From Ylistrum balloti (lineage: Eukaryota): a stretch of DNA of 64,000 nucleotides. Position 1 is the first letter of the stretch; the number at the start of each line of letters is the position of its first letter. Where the stretch lies: contig NW_026781970.1 in NCBI RefSeq assembly GCF_031769215.1, positions 1,426,001-1,490,000 of the forward strand. The letters are read 5' to 3'. Both the position numbers and the translations under genes were made by a program. Below, in pieces: positions 61,901 to 64,000 of this stretch. The notes under the pieces were generated by a model. That model made no database searches and was not told the origin of the DNA. It saw nothing but the letters and a program-made list of their open reading frames with translations.

Positions 61901-62796
61901 TCTGTGACGTCTCTATTTCGACAACCTCTGTGGCGTCTCAATTACGACAACATCTGTGATGTCACAATTACCACAACCTCTGTGACGTCGAAATTACGAC
62001 AACATCTGTGACGTCTCTATTTCGACAACCTCTGTGGCGTCTCAATTACGACAACATCTGTGATGTCACAATTACCACAACCTCTGTGACGTCGCAATTA
62101 CCACAACCTCTGTAACGTCGCAATTACCACAACATCTGTGACGTCTCAATTACAATCACCACTGTGACGTCTCAATTACCACAACCTCTGTAGCGTCTCA
62201 ATTACGACAACCTCTGTGGCGTCTCAATTACGACAACATCTGTGATGTCACAATTACCACAACCTCTGTGACGTCGAAATTACCACAACCTCTGTAACGT
62301 CTCAATTACCACAACCTCTGTGACGTCGAAATTACCACAACCTCTGTAACGTCGCAATTACCACAACCTCTGTGACGTCTCAATTACCACAACCTCTGTG
62401 ACGTCGAAATTACCACAACCTCTGTAACGTCGCAATTACCACAACCTCTGTGACGTCTCAATTACGACAACCTCTGTGACGTCTCAATTACGACAACCTC
62501 TGTGACGTCGCAATTACAACAACCCCTGTGGCGCATCAATTACCACAACATCTGTGGCGTCTCAATTACGACAACCTCTATGACGTCTCAATTACGACAA
62601 CCTCTGTGACGTCTCATTTACGACAACCTCTGTGACGTCTCATTTACGACAACCTCTGTGACGTCTCATTTACGACAACCTCTGTAGCGTCTCAATTACG
62701 ACATCTGTGACGTCTAGGGTATGGTAAACTCTGTAACGTTTAATTCATGATCAACCTCGGTGGCCTCTCATTTACGACAACCTTTGTGACGTCTCA
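58985..62796. repeat. Satellite-like tandem array, 26-bp unit, about 143-146 copies (CTCTGTGACGTCTCAATTACGACAAC)
   Basis: Strict 26-bp period across 3.8 kb, degenerate units at both edges, and internal 3-, 5-, 6- and 49-unit duplications shown by shared rare variants. Confidence 0.98.
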
Positions 62797-64000
62797 CTTT
62801 AACTTACGAAATTTATTAATTAAGTGTTTCATCAGAGTGAGACGAAATAGAATTCCTGGTTAAAACATAAGTGGACTTTTCTATGGTGCTGTCACGGTGA
62901 GTAAGACTGTTCAGAGAGCTAAGTATCGTGTCAGCGACTTCGTCATGAGGAAACTTTTAATTCAAACCAACCATGCATGATGATTTCAGTTGAAATTTAA
63001 TTAATACACATGTTAAAATGAAAAATGCATCTGCACGCTGTTTAGCAAAGCTTGCTTGTTTTTAATAATTATAAATTCTAAGCATCCTGCTGATGTCAAA
63101 TCGTTTCTCTTTATGTGAGTGCTGCATCGGTCAACTTACTGTGTGGTCGTTGTGTTGACCTGTAATGTTACATGATGCTTTTCTTATCTATAATTAACAT
63201 TAAAGCGACTTTGATGTTAAAAGTCACTATCAGATAATACCATGAAACGTTATATTTTCCAAGAATGTGTTACAAAACTCACACTTTCTTCTTATTACAC
63301 AAACTTTAAGTGACATCAATCAATGCCCTAAATAAAAAAACTGACATCAGTAGCGTTAGCCGCTTAGAAGTTTTCTCCATAAACTTAACACAAATATTAA
63401 AACAAAGCTTATCTGCATACACTTGACTGTCACACAATCATTCTCGCTGGACGAGAATATTTTTTTTTCAATTTTGATTATGAATTTCAAAGAGAGGCAT
63501 AGCTTTGTACACTGTATATACTTGTATCCAGTTGAACCCAATTTGCCATTATCGTGATAATAAATCGTGGATGCTTTTTGAAAAGATATTTGAAATATCC
63601 ATAATCAAACTTCGAATTTCCATTGACAGAACGTAAATGAATATGATATAGAGGTTTTTTATGTATATTACCATATTAACGAATAAGTGGTTATCTGGAT
63701 AGGGGATCAATGATTTACTGGTGAAGAATTCGAACTAACACAACAGACCGACCGCTGGGATTTTTACTATTGCCATAATGTTGTATCTCACCCACCCATC
63801 AGGCCTTTTGTAACAAGGGACGTTCGAATAATAACATTTCTATTTTAATTTCAGTCGTTATTGAAACCTATAAAACTGCCAGAATAAAATGCTTCGGTGG
63901 TTATTGTACGGAAATCATTATGACTTATACAATGTGCTATCCGTGAGTTCATTGAAGCAATGAAATGTATCACTGCTATCTGTATCCTGTCAAATGCTTA

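Overview
Eukaryotic, AT-rich genomic DNA, probably a lophotrochozoan and most likely a bivalve mollusc (inferred from a V-SINE-like element and a CR1-type LINE). The only gene I can support is the 3' half of an Islet (ISL1/2, tailup) LIM-homeobox gene on the + strand, in three exons: homeodomain 1750-2042, LIM-interaction/Lhx3-binding domain 9861-10040, and a terminal exon 13080-13244 that the ORF track misses. All junctions are GT-AG and in frame. The LIM-domain exons lie upstream of the window. About 50 kb downstream holds no recognisable protein gene. It contains four unrelated tandem arrays (35/36-, 49-, 56- and 26-bp units, three with visible higher-order duplications), a 5'-truncated CR1-like LINE with a perfect 13-bp target-site duplication, a tRNA-headed V-SINE-like copy, a 246-bp MITE, microsatellites, and a string of short CpG-rich, motif-dense islands that look like distal regulatory modules. 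The most unusual leads are all unproven: a 7-nt candidate microexon with canonical branch point, acceptor and donor; a 36-bp array whose indels restore frame and whose + frame spells a 12-aa Thr-Cys-Thr repeat reminiscent of beetle antifreeze proteins; a 3.8-kb array of paired CRE-like and TAATTG motifs; and a GC-rich island bracketed by two opposed DR1 elements. No database searches were run. Family assignments rest on recalled motifs.
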